DNA of 64,000 nt. It comes from an uncultured delta proteobacterium. Lineage in GTDB: Bacteria > Desulfobacterota > Desulfuromonadia > Geobacterales > Pseudopelobacteraceae. Shown piece by piece: positions 1-8,951 of the stretch; the first letter of the stretch is position 1, and every line of letters starts with the position of its first letter. The stretch is from the NCBI GenBank assembly GCA_963772835.1, contig CAVYYZ010000011.1, forward strand, positions 1 through 64,000, in the 5' to 3' direction. Under the pieces are notes generated by a model that was not told where the DNA came from, did no database searches, and saw only the letters and a list, made by a program, of their open reading frames with translations. Position numbers and translations under genes: made by a program.

Positions 1-1
1 C

Positions 2-871
2 GGCCGGTTTTCCCCGTTCAAACGGGTACCGGCCGGGTTGTGCGGCGACTGCGGGCACTGCCGGGAGGTGTGTCCGACCGGTTATGATCATGATGTTCCG
101 GACAAAGATGAATGCGTCCTCTGTATGGAGTGCCAACGGGGGTGCCCTCATGACAGGGTTTCATTTCGTCCCTCACTGCAACTGAAGGGAAACGGTCCGT
201 TTCTGCCGGAGCGGCGGCTGCTGCTGGGCAGCCTGGCAGGTGGAGTGCTGCTGGCGGTGCCGGCGCGTTTTCGAAACCCCCGGACGGATTCGCGGCTGCT
301 CCGTCCTCCGGGAGTACGGAGCGAGGATGATTTTCTGAAGAAATGCGTCCGCTGTGGTGAGTGCATGAAAGTCTGCCTGAAAAACGCACTCTATCCTGCG
401 TCATACCAGGCGGGGCTTGAAGGTATCTATACTCCGCTGGTGGTTCCACGGCTTGGCTATTGTGAATACAATTGCACCCTCTGCGGTCAGGTCTGCCCGA
501 CCGGAGCGATTCCGGCACTGCCGGTAGAGGCAAAGCGGCGTGAAGTAATCGGCAAGGCGGTCTTCGACAAAAACCATTGTCTGCCGTTTGCCCGCAAGAT
601 CGACTGCATCGTCTGCGAAGAACACTGTCCGGTGCCGGAGAAAGCCATCCGCTCTCGCGATACGCAGGTCATGGGGTTGGACGGACGGTCAAAAACGGTG
701 AAGGAACCGTATCTTGTTGAAGAAATCTGTAACGGCTGCGGAATCTGCGAGAAGGTCTGCCCGCTGGAAACGAAGGCGGGTATTGAGGTGTGTGCCGTAC
801 AAAACCGCACCCCGATTCCCCGGCAGTTGAACGGACCGGAAACAAAACAATTCAGTGACCCATATACATAG
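2..871 (+). CDS. 4Fe-4S polyferredoxin (MauM/NapG-like C-terminal domain), 5' truncated by window edge
   Basis: Multiple CxxCxxCxxxCP motifs; LRPPG..E..F...C.RCG.C...C pattern; frame open from position 2. Confidence 0.85.
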   Translation, partial: GRFSPFKRVPAGLCGDCGHCREVCPTGYDHDVPDKDECVLCMECQRGCPHDRVSFRPSLQLKGNGPFLPERRLLLGSLAGGVLLAVPARFRNPRTDSRLLRPPGVRSEDDFLKKCVRCGECMKVCLKNALYPASYQAGLEGIYTPLVVPRLGYCEYNCTLCGQVCPTGAIPALPVEAKRREVIGKAVFDKNHCLPFARKIDCIVCEEHCPVPEKAIRSRDTQVMGLDGRSKTVKEPYLVEEICNGCGICEKVCPLETKAGIEVCAVQNRTPIPRQLNGPETKQFSDPYT

Positions 872-882
872 GATACATCCAC

Positions 883-1131
883 ATGGACACAAACTCAGGG
901 CAGTATGATCACAGAGAGGACGGTGTGGAGATTCCGATTGAACGGATCAATCCGGACACACTGAAAAAGATGATTGAAGATTTTGTAACCCGGGAGTGGA
1001 ACGAACTGGCTGACTCCGGAAGTACCCTCGATGAGAAGGTAGGTCAGGTAAGGCGGCAGTTGCAAGACAATCGGGCTCGCATAGTGTACGATGGTACGAC
1101 CGAAACATGGAATATTGTCCCTCGCAGATAA
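883..1131 (+). CDS. YheU/UPF0270 family protein
   Basis: IP.E.I.PDTL..MIEDFVTRE...L.EKV.QV..QL....A.IVYD..TET.NI pattern. Confidence 0.8.
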   Translation: MDTNSGQYDHREDGVEIPIERINPDTLKKMIEDFVTREWNELADSGSTLDEKVGQVRRQLQDNRARIVYDGTTETWNIVPRR

Positions 1132-1163
1132 CAGGCATCACATAACGTACCAAGGAGAAATCT

Positions 1164-1604
1164 ATGCAGTACCTCGACATGCTGTACCGTTTGGTTATCA
1201 GTCTCTGGGCCGGCGGCAACGCCATATTCACACTGATGCTGACGCCGATCCTTTTCAAAACCGAGAGCCGCGACGTTGCCGGCCGTATCGTCGGGAATCT
1301 GTTCCCCGGTTATTTCCGCTGGGGGCTTGCCTGCGGGGCTATTGCGCTGGTCTGCCGTCTCGCCGGTCGCGGTTTTGATCTCAAGCTTCCGGTGATTCTG
1401 CTGGCGGCCATGCTGGCGATAACGACATTTCAGGCGCTCTATGTGGAACCCCGTGCTGCGGATCTGAAGCGGCAGATCGGTTCTTTTGAGACAACCGGCA
1501 AGGAGGACCCGTTGCGTAAACAGTTCTCGAAGCTTCACGGAGTGTCGGCTGTCTGTAATCTGACTGTTCTGGCCGGTGGAGTGCTGCTGGTAGTGCTGCC
1601 GTAA
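1164..1604 (+). CDS. DUF4149 family membrane protein
   Basis: Four hydrophobic segments, AG.IVG.LFP.YF and F.KLHGVS..CNL motifs; AAGGAG RBS. Confidence 0.75.
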   Translation: MQYLDMLYRLVISLWAGGNAIFTLMLTPILFKTESRDVAGRIVGNLFPGYFRWGLACGAIALVCRLAGRGFDLKLPVILLAAMLAITTFQALYVEPRAADLKRQIGSFETTGKEDPLRKQFSKLHGVSAVCNLTVLAGGVLLVVLP

Positions 1605-1643
1605 TTGTGTACGATATCTCTAATTACATAAGAAAGGACCGCC

Positions 1644-1949
1644 ATGTCACACATAACCGTAGTTGCAAAAATTGTAGCGAAAAAGGATTGTGTAGAGAAG
1701 GTCAAAAGTGAGCTGTTCGCCCTTATCCCCCTGACCAGGAAAGAGGAGGGGTGTATCGATTATATTCTGCATCAGGACAACGAAGACCCTGCCGTTTTCA
1801 TCTTTTACGAAAACTGGGAGAGCGGAGCCGCAATTGGAAATCACATCATCAGTGAACATTACAAGGCCTACGTCAGAGCGTTGGACGGTCTGATTGAAGG
1901 GAAAGAGGTTCACAAAATGACCCGGATTGGTCCTGTGAGTACATCATGA
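1644..1949 (+). CDS. Putative quinol monooxygenase (ABM family)
   Basis: TRKEEGCIDYILHQD.EDP.VFIFYENWES...I..H...EH motif. Confidence 0.85.
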   Translation: MSHITVVAKIVAKKDCVEKVKSELFALIPLTRKEEGCIDYILHQDNEDPAVFIFYENWESGAAIGNHIISEHYKAYVRALDGLIEGKEVHKMTRIGPVSTS

Positions 1950-2287
1950 AAGTGCTTGTCGACCTGTGTGTCGTCCCGATCGGTGTTGGCGTATCGTTGT
2001 CTGCGTACATAGCGGAATGTGAAAGAATACTGACAGATGCAGGGCTGAAAACGTCGCTCCACTCCTATGGGACCACTATTGAAGGCGACTGGGATGATGT
2101 GTTTGCGGCGATTCGGCGCTGCCATGAACGTGTTCACGCGATGGGGGCACCGCGCATCACAACGACCATTAAGCTTGGAACCCGAACAGACAGGAACCAG
2201 ACCATGCAGGACAAGATCGACAGCGTAACAAGGAAGCTGGCCACGACAGCGGCGCTCACACCCCCGTCGGAAAAAAGCACTCCGTAA
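1946..2287 (+). CDS. MTH1187 family thiamine-binding protein
   Basis: VDLCVVPIGVGVSLS.YIA, LHSYGT.IEGDWD, G.PRI.TTIKLGTRTD motifs. Confidence 0.85.
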   Translation: MKVLVDLCVVPIGVGVSLSAYIAECERILTDAGLKTSLHSYGTTIEGDWDDVFAAIRRCHERVHAMGAPRITTTIKLGTRTDRNQTMQDKIDSVTRKLATTAALTPPSEKSTP

Positions 2288-2298
2288 GCGAAACCGCC

Positions 2299-3459
2299 AT
2301 GGCCGCTCCGGGATTTTCTTTTTGGCTGGCTGCTGCTACGTTGGCGCTCTGTCTTGCCGCGGCACTCGAGCTTTTCATCGGTAACCGCTCGGTAGGAACC
2401 CTGCGAGACTATGCCCCGGTGCCGGATGACGCCCCGGAAAGGGTGTCTGTCATTGTTGCGGCCCGCAACGAACAGCGCAACATCCGTGCCGCTCTGCAAT
2501 CGTTGCTTGCGCTCGAGTATCCTGATTTTGAGCTGATTGTTATTGATGACCGTTCTGAAGATGCAACCGGTCGGATACTCGATGATATGGCGGCGTCTTC
2601 CCTGCGTCTTTCTGTAATTCATATTGATACACTCCCTCGCGGCTGGCTGGGGAAAAACTACGCTCTCTGGACAGGAAGCCGGCACGCGACGGGTGATTAT
2701 CTGTTGTTTACGGATGCCGACATCGTCATGGAGCCGTCAGTAGTGACGCGTGCTGTAAACTGCGCGAAGCTGAACCGCCTCGATCATCTGGCGGCAACCC
2801 CGTCCATGCAGATGCCGACCGCATTCCTTGGCATGTTTGGAGTCTCCTTCATAGTCGCTTTTTCACTTTTTTCCCGCCCCTGGAAAGCAAAAGACCCTGC
2901 AAGCCCGTGTCATATCGGAATAGGTGCATTCAATCTGGTACGGACTGATGCCTACCGGCAGGTTGGCGGTCATGAGACTATCCGCCTGCGGCCCGATGAC
3001 GATCTGAAGCTGGGTAAGATCCTGAAAAGGGGCGGGTTCCGCCAGGATGTGGTCTATGCCCCCGAATATCTGGCGGTTGAGTGGTACGATTCAGTTTCCG
3101 GTGCGGTGAAAGGTCTTGAAAAAAATGCCTTCTCGGGAGCGGACTACAATGTCCCGCTGGTCCTTTGCGGGGCGGTGCTTCAAACCCTCTGCAGCGTCTG
3201 GCCGTGTGCGGCGGTATTTCTGACCGGTGGCGTGACCCGATACATAAATATCGCCGTGGTGATTGTCACCATGCTGATTTTAGTCGACTGTGCCAGGTTT
3301 CATCGTTTCAGGATCTGGTACGCGGCCGGCTATCCACTGGCCGCGGCACTTTTTGTTCTGATCATGTTGAGAACCATGATTCTTAATCTTGTTCAAGGGG
3401 GGATCTACTGGCGGGGTACGTTCTATCGCCTGAAAGAGTTGAAGGAAAACAAGATATGA
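2299..3459 (+). CDS. Glycosyltransferase family 2 (membrane-bound, HpnB-like)
   Basis: VSVIVAARNE, IDDRSEDAT, GWLGKNYA, LLFTDAD motifs; C-terminal TM helices and WRG. Confidence 0.85.
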   Translation: MAAPGFSFWLAAATLALCLAAALELFIGNRSVGTLRDYAPVPDDAPERVSVIVAARNEQRNIRAALQSLLALEYPDFELIVIDDRSEDATGRILDDMAASSLRLSVIHIDTLPRGWLGKNYALWTGSRHATGDYLLFTDADIVMEPSVVTRAVNCAKLNRLDHLAATPSMQMPTAFLGMFGVSFIVAFSLFSRPWKAKDPASPCHIGIGAFNLVRTDAYRQVGGHETIRLRPDDDLKLGKILKRGGFRQDVVYAPEYLAVEWYDSVSGAVKGLEKNAFSGADYNVPLVLCGAVLQTLCSVWPCAAVFLTGGVTRYINIAVVIVTMLILVDCARFHRFRIWYAAGYPLAAALFVLIMLRTMILNLVQGGIYWRGTFYRLKELKENKI

Positions 3460-3514
3460 TTCCCGGATCTTCACGCGGAAGCGGATGTCCGGATAACGGA
3501 AAGGATGGTGGCAG

Positions 3515-4282
3515 ATGAAGAATACTCCGACGATCACTACGGAAAGCGGCCGATACTTTCTGACAGACCGGATCAGGGAAGAGGTTGATTTCCGGACAAC
3601 AGCTCAGTCACGGGGAGTGCGTCCGCCACCCGCACAGAAACCGGCGCCGCCGGAAAGCAGGCTGATCCGGCTGCCGGATCAGGGGGCATGGTCAATTCCC
3701 CCCTGTGACCTGCAGACCGCTATCGCCAGCCGTGAAAGCCATAGGCACTTTACGGCAGAGGCCCTTTTGCTGGGGGAGCTGGCCTTCCTCCTCTGGGCGA
3801 CTCAGGGAGTGCGCGTTGAACTTCACGATGCGGCGATTCTCAGGACAGTTCCGTCTGCGGGGTGTCGCCACCCTTTTGAAACCTACCTTGCCGTCCTGAG
3901 AGTAGCGGGCCTTGAGAGCGGAATCTACCGCTATCTCCCGCTTGACAATGCTCTGCTGTTTGTGCGGGAAATCGAAAACCTGTCTGCGCATCTCACTGCC
4001 GCAACCCGCGGCCAAAGCTTTACAGGACAGGCTGCGGTCACCTTCATCTGGTCAGTTATTCCGGCCCGTACCGAATGGCGCTATGCTGAAGCATCCTACA
4101 AGGTCATCGCACTGGATGCCGGCCATGTCTGTCAGAATCTCTATCTTGCCTCTGCCGCTGTCAGAAGCGGCACCTGCGCCATTGCGGCCTACAATCAGTC
4201 GTTGGTCGATGATCTGCTGGGGGTGGATGGAGAGGAAGAGTTCAGTATATACCTGGCCCCGGTGGGGAAAATAATGGCGTGA
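3515..4282 (+). CDS. SagB/ThcOx family nitroreductase-like dehydrogenase
   Basis: R.S.R.F, RTVPSAGCRHPFETY, LDAGHVCQNLYL motifs. Confidence 0.85.
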   Translation: MKNTPTITTESGRYFLTDRIREEVDFRTTAQSRGVRPPPAQKPAPPESRLIRLPDQGAWSIPPCDLQTAIASRESHRHFTAEALLLGELAFLLWATQGVRVELHDAAILRTVPSAGCRHPFETYLAVLRVAGLESGIYRYLPLDNALLFVREIENLSAHLTAATRGQSFTGQAAVTFIWSVIPARTEWRYAEASYKVIALDAGHVCQNLYLASAAVRSGTCAIAAYNQSLVDDLLGVDGEEEFSIYLAPVGKIMA

Positions 4283-4419
4283 GGTGACTTGAAAAGGCTT
4301 TGTTGATGATGCGTTAAAAAATGAAATGATGAAATAAATGCCGGGCCACATTTTAATTGTTTATTAGAAAACCCTTCTGTATAACATGCCAACGCGATTT
4401 GCGTTTGGGGGCATATCAG

Positions 4420-4686
4420 ATGATTCGAGAGTATGTTGGCAATCTCGCCGGGCAAATGGGGATTCAGGTATCGAAAATATCAGTAGTTGAGGGGCGGGAA
4501 GTCGGATGCCTCGGCGTGCATCTGCTGCATCTTGTCACTGATGAGCAGCAGGTAAGCGCGTTGGTGCATCAGTCTGAACTTGACGATCTCCACAGGGATT
4601 CCGCATGTGATCGCCTTGAGATGAAGATACGATCTGCACTGTTGCGCCTGGAAATGAAGTCGGTATCTCAAAGCACGTTATTATAA
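4420..4686 (+). CDS. Hypothetical protein
   Basis: ORF with GGGGG RBS-like run before ATG 4420; protein-like composition. Confidence 0.55.
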   Translation: MIREYVGNLAGQMGIQVSKISVVEGREVGCLGVHLLHLVTDEQQVSALVHQSELDDLHRDSACDRLEMKIRSALLRLEMKSVSQSTLL

Positions 4687-4735
4687 GTGCAATAAAACGG
4701 TTCTATCTCTGATTTTTGTTCTGCAGGCAGTGGAA

Positions 4736-4936
4736 TCAGATCAATCTCCCCGTCGGGGCCATGTTGTCTACAGGTGGCTCACCTGTACGGTATCGTATGA
4801 TTTTCCTTTCACACAATTCAGACCGTGCTAAGTCCTCACAATACAATGAAACCCATCGTTGCTTGATAACTTCCAGATTCGAAGTAAAATTGAGGAAAAA
4901 GCCGCATTTCTCAAGTAATTCACATTGATCAGACAT
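4736..4936 (-). CDS. Small four-cysteine hypothetical protein
   Basis: GAGG RBS; C-x5-C-x-FF...YC-x8-C-x-R...PP.DNM.P pattern. Confidence 0.65.
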   Translation of the reverse strand: MSDQCELLEKCGFFLNFTSNLEVIKQRWVSLYCEDLARSELCERKIIRYRTGEPPVDNMAPTGRLI

Positions 4937-5071
4937 ATACATCCTCACTGTTTTCGCTGTGATCTGATTCGACCGGCTTATATCTCACAGTTACCTTTAT
5001 TGATGTACATCGAGGCAGTATACACTGCCTGATGTACCGATTATAACCTGTTGTTTTTGAGTCGGTATTGT

Positions 5072-5083
5072 TGTATACAGTAT
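5072..5083. promoter_or_regulatory. TGTATACAGTAT operator-like site (shared with icd promoter)
   Basis: 12-nt identity with the reverse complement of 43828-43839. Confidence 0.45.
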
Positions 5084-5114
5084 CGGTTGAATTTTCTTAC
5101 TTCAGGAGTCATGC

Positions 5115-5315
5115 GTGCCTTTATTGATTAAATATGTAAACGAAACGATTGCTTACATTCCCCGGTACGAACTTAACGATCTGTTATCCTCTGATAAAAT
5201 CATATCATTCAAGCGCTCTACAGGTGAATGGGTTGATCCAAAAGTTGGTCCTCTGCGAGGTCAAGGGTCACCACATACCTATACGGGGCCGAACAGAAGA
5301 TCCCGGATGCAATAA
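5115..5315 (+). CDS. GSU3473-like small protein
   Basis: AGGAG RBS; L..LL...KI.SFKRS.G.WV.....P.RG....Y.GP.RR pattern typical of this Geobacteraceae family. Confidence 0.65.
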   Translation: MPLLIKYVNETIAYIPRYELNDLLSSDKIISFKRSTGEWVDPKVGPLRGQGSPHTYTGPNRRSRMQ

Positions 5316-5419
5316 AAACATGGCCGTACTGTTGTTGCTTTTACGGCATGCGGCATTATGCCTGCCGGAGTGCCCTGGTCTGATAACGCACACAGATGCG
5401 ATCCGGCAGTGAAAAAATA

Positions 5420-5761
5420 CTATCTCAACCGTCCCCACTTTAATAATTTACCCACTATAATGTTTAATTTATGGTCTCTTGGCAGTGAATCAATCGGTGG
5501 GTGTCTTCTGATGCCGAATTTTTTGAGTTCTTCAATTGCTCTGTTGTCTCTACGGATTTTCAGACCCGCTTTAAATGTCTTTATTGCCAACTCTTTTTTA
5601 TCTGCCAGGATGTAGAGTCTTCCAAGGTATATGTAGTTGTCTGAATTGGTAGGATCAATTTTGATAACTTTACTGCAAATTTCAATTCCCCTGTCTAACT
5701 GACCACGGTCCTTGCCTAACGAGTAGCCCACAAGGCCTAACTGTTTAACTTTATCTTCCAT
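5420..5761 (-). CDS. Short tetratricopeptide-repeat protein
   Basis: TPR consensus (I..DP.N.D.Y..LGR.Y.....K..AI..F..GL); GIRR.PP...L.R.H.LN..VG tail. Confidence 0.7.
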   Translation of the reverse strand: MEDKVKQLGLVGYSLGKDRGQLDRGIEICSKVIKIDPTNSDNYIYLGRLYILADKKELAIKTFKAGLKIRRDNRAIEELKKFGIRRHPPIDSLPRDHKLNIIVGKLLKWGRLR

Positions 5762-6334
5762 TTGTTCGTTCCCTTATGTACACATTTTCTGAAAATCCAG
5801 AGCGGCAGAGGGATGCTCCGGTAGCGGAATGTCCTCTCAAGGTCCCTGATGGTGCGTTTGATGCCCTAGTCGCAGCCATTATGACCCATCGTACGCAATT
5901 TGTTAACAAAAAATAAAAACATGTGATAATTTCCGTGGGGATAGGTTTGTGTTCTGGCGGGTGAATAGTGGGTGGGAAAGAATGCGAATTATGTGTGGTC
6001 AAACCGCGCGGCAATTTCAGGAGAATACTCTGAAATTATCCGGCTCTGTTTATGGTGTTTTACTGGAAATGAAACTACAAACCCCGCTCCCGATGGTTGT
6101 CAGGAAAACGGGGCTGTAGATTGGTAACACACGTTTGAACATATACAATAAAATAATACGAAATGCAAATAATATGTGTTTAATATGTAATTATTCCGCA
6201 TTAGTCCTCCGATGTCCCATGCCGGTCCAGTACAGTTGTAATAGTAATTTTTGAGTGCGATTCAATCATGTGGCACGTTCTACAACAGATTGTTCTGAAA
6301 TATGGGTAAAAGTTACTGAAAAGGGAGAGCAGAC

Positions 6335-6517
6335 GTGGCAATGACCGTTGAAATAAAAGACAATAAACTCTGTATAGAAATCGACCTGGAAAAACCGACC
6401 CGGTCGGCTTCGGGCAAAACACTGGTGGTCGCCAGCACCCGGGGGAACGCCGTTACCAGCGCCGAAGTTGACGGCAAGCCGATCACCATCGGACTTAATG
6501 CCTATATCAAGCCGTAA
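6335..6517 (+). CDS. Small conserved hypothetical protein (SASGKTLVVASTRGN motif)
   Basis: GGGAGA RBS; beta-rich 60 aa ORF coupled (TAATG) to next ORF. Confidence 0.75.
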   Translation: MAMTVEIKDNKLCIEIDLEKPTRSASGKTLVVASTRGNAVTSAEVDGKPITIGLNAYIKP

Positions 6518-6780
6518 TGAAGGCAGAAGTCTATTCAGTTACATACCGGATTCCCCTGACTGACGCCCAGCAGGCCCGGCTCGACAGAAAATGGCCGGAC
6601 GGCGACCCGTTTATTTCCTATGAAAAGATTGATGCCCTGCTTGAGCCGCTTCCGGTAGAAGACCTCTACTGGTCACACCACACGGGACAGTTTCTGTATT
6701 TCACCGTTCGCGGTGATGATATGGAAGGCACCGTTGCCGAGGTGGTCGAAAGGCTTGAAATTAAATTGGGCAGGATCTGA
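6517..6780 (+). CDS. Hypothetical protein
   Basis: TAATG overlap with upstream ORF; host-like codon usage. Confidence 0.65.
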   Translation: MKAEVYSVTYRIPLTDAQQARLDRKWPDGDPFISYEKIDALLEPLPVEDLYWSHHTGQFLYFTVRGDDMEGTVAEVVERLEIKLGRI

Positions 6781-7012
6781 AAAGGAAAACCCTTGATTCT
6801 CAAGGGCATCTGGTTCTGCCCGGATGGCGCCGTGCCGTAGAGGTGGCGGAAGCGTGACCATGTTCTTACCGTCGCGCGCTACAATCCTGTTGATTGAGAA
6901 AACAGGAATCGAATTGATTCTTTTATATGTAATGATTGGAATAACGATGTGATTTCGTTATAACATAATGAAAATATTTGTTTTTATCCGTTAACAGGTT
7001 GGAATTATCAGC

Positions 7013-8302
7013 CTACACGACAGCGTCGATTCTCTGCAGAATTCCTTCTGATACCCTGATTCCGCTTGCCCATGCGCCGGTGATTCCCCGTGATGTGCCG
7101 GCGCCATCACCTGCCATGTAGACATGTGCGCTTACCCTGAAATGGTGATCAAGAAAGGCCGGTTTGTTAGCATACATCTTGATCTCCGGATAGTACATAA
7201 TGGTACTTGGGTGGAGAACGCCGGGGACTATTGTGTCAAGCCTCTTCATGGCTTCCCAGAGATGGCGCATGATCTTTGCCGGCACGGCCAGTCCCAGATC
7301 TCCGGGCGTGACCCGGCAACTCGGAGGGAAGTCGTAGAGGTCTTCGTTAAAGGTGTCGCCACTGGAGCGTTTCCCCATGCGGAAATCTCCCACCCGCTGC
7401 ATGAGCGGCATGCCGCCGCCGATCTCATTGGCAAGACGGGCCAGAAAAACGGCCATCTGTTGGCCGCTCCGGACCGGATCCTTCAGACCGATCGTCTTGA
7501 GCAGGGCGAAATTAACGAGATTGTTCCCCGGTTGATGTTCTGAAAGAGCATGGCCGTTGACCAGATTAAAGCCCTGATAACGCTCCAGTACTACCCGGGC
7601 ATGACCAGAGTTGGTGCAGAAGGTGCGCACATTGTTGGGAAAAAGGAACTTGGGGTCATAGTAGTCATTGACGATCGGATAGTTTTCACGTTTTGTTTCA
7701 ATACGGATCCCAACATCCACCACATTGTCGATATAGGAAATACCCATCCGCTCCATCACCTGCTGGAGAAAGCTGAAACCTTTACGTCCAGGCGCGACAA
7801 CAACCTTCCGTCCATACACCGTTTCACCATCCGATAGTACGATACCGGCACCAGAGGCAGTGTCGAATACGTCTGTTACTTCCCGCTCCAGCAAAAACGT
7901 CACACCTTGCAGTGTGAGCTCGTCACGGAGGCGCTGTATCAGTTTTATGCTGCGGTCAGTGCCGACATGCGCCTGACGGACGTCAAGAAGGGCAGTGCCA
8001 AGACGTTCGGCCCGCCGCCGGTACACATCAATATTCTGTTTTTCTTTAATAACCGGCTGCAGCCGCTTTTCCACCGGCGGCAGTAACCGCTCGGCTTCTT
8101 CTCTGCTCCAGTTCTCGACGTCAAAGCCAATCGGAAAAGTATAGTTCTGTTTGCAGTCGTTAAGCAGGCCTCCGGAGCATATTTTGTCTCTGTCGATCAT
8201 AAGAATCGAGAGAGAAGGGGAGTGTTCGGTAAGGTGAAACGCGGCACCAAGACCTGTCGGTCCGGTGCCGACGATTATGATATCGTAATTGGCAGAAGGC
8301 AT
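7013..8302 (-). CDS. FAD-dependent oxidoreductase (COG2509-like)
   Basis: YDIIIVGTGPTGLGAA Rossmann motif, VAPGRKG, RTFCTN, YYPEIK, AGDGAG.SRGI; AAGGA RBS before ATG 8302. Confidence 0.85.
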   Translation of the reverse strand: MPSANYDIIIVGTGPTGLGAAFHLTEHSPSLSILMIDRDKICSGGLLNDCKQNYTFPIGFDVENWSREEAERLLPPVEKRLQPVIKEKQNIDVYRRRAERLGTALLDVRQAHVGTDRSIKLIQRLRDELTLQGVTFLLEREVTDVFDTASGAGIVLSDGETVYGRKVVVAPGRKGFSFLQQVMERMGISYIDNVVDVGIRIETKRENYPIVNDYYDPKFLFPNNVRTFCTNSGHARVVLERYQGFNLVNGHALSEHQPGNNLVNFALLKTIGLKDPVRSGQQMAVFLARLANEIGGGMPLMQRVGDFRMGKRSSGDTFNEDLYDFPPSCRVTPGDLGLAVPAKIMRHLWEAMKRLDTIVPGVLHPSTIMYYPEIKMYANKPAFLDHHFRVSAHVYMAGDGAGTSRGITGAWASGIRVSEGILQRIDAVV

Positions 8303-8329
8303 GAACTGTTCCTTCAACGGTATAGTATG

Positions 8330-8510
8330 GGCCAGGACTCCCGTCCCTCTGATTCTGTCTGCCCGCAGCTCGGCCAACGCTTCGTTGGCCTGCTCCGGTG
8401 GGAACACCTCTACCGTGGTGTGTATCGGTGTCTGTGGAGCCGATTCCTGAAACTCTTCACCGTCATGTCGCGTCATAGTAAGCTTCCGCTCTCCCGACAG
8501 CAAATAGAAT
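8330..8510 (-). pseudogene. C-terminal remnant of zinc-binding alcohol dehydrogenase family gene
   Basis: YLLSGERKL..TRHDGEEF...APQ.PI.T.VEVFP.EQANEALA.LR..RIRG.GVL resembles the C-terminus of Zn-ADH family proteins; no upstream portion present. Confidence 0.65.
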
Positions 8511-8951
8511 ATGAGTCATGAATCATCAGTAGTACCCCGCTCATTGAGATGCTACGAACTTTCCTCTCCACGGTTACCAGTGGAACGATCAGAAACACCG
8601 GAGAATCATTTCACCCTTCACGCCGGGTTTACTCTTTAAAATATCTCACGAGTCAGGGATGTTACGGCCCCGGCATGTAGCCCCGGAGGGTAACGAAGTA
8701 TGACGGTCCGGATAATAAACGGATGGAACCGGAGTTAATGACCTGAGGTCGCCCGGCTTGATCGGAGGGTACTGTTTTTAACCCGTGCAAGAATCGTTGC
8801 ATGTGCACTCAATTGAGAATCAGCAGGGGACGGAGTCGCTTGAGATACGTGGGCAGCAGTATGTGTTCTTTTTTGACTTCACATTCCCGGTCCGATAGAC
8901 GATAATAAAAAGCGATATTTCATGTTCATATCTTCATGGAGGGCTCTTATT

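Noticed and set aside
3515..4282. SagB/ThcOx gene as sign of a RiPP (azole peptide) cluster
   Set aside because: No YcaO, precursor peptide or transporter nearby; stand-alone members are common in anaerobes
5762..5900. Riboswitch (c-di-GMP-I/GEMM) in the TPR gene leader or other spacers
   Set aside because: GGCAAAC...GACGCAAA core not found by eye; a covariance search would be needed
6270..6290. sigma54 promoter at TGGCAC
   Set aside because: No TTGC/TGC at the -12 position; the same applies to the minus-strand TGGCAC near 14270
6955..6985. Xer dif site (TAACATAAT)
   Set aside because: Only a partial XerD-like arm and no XerC arm
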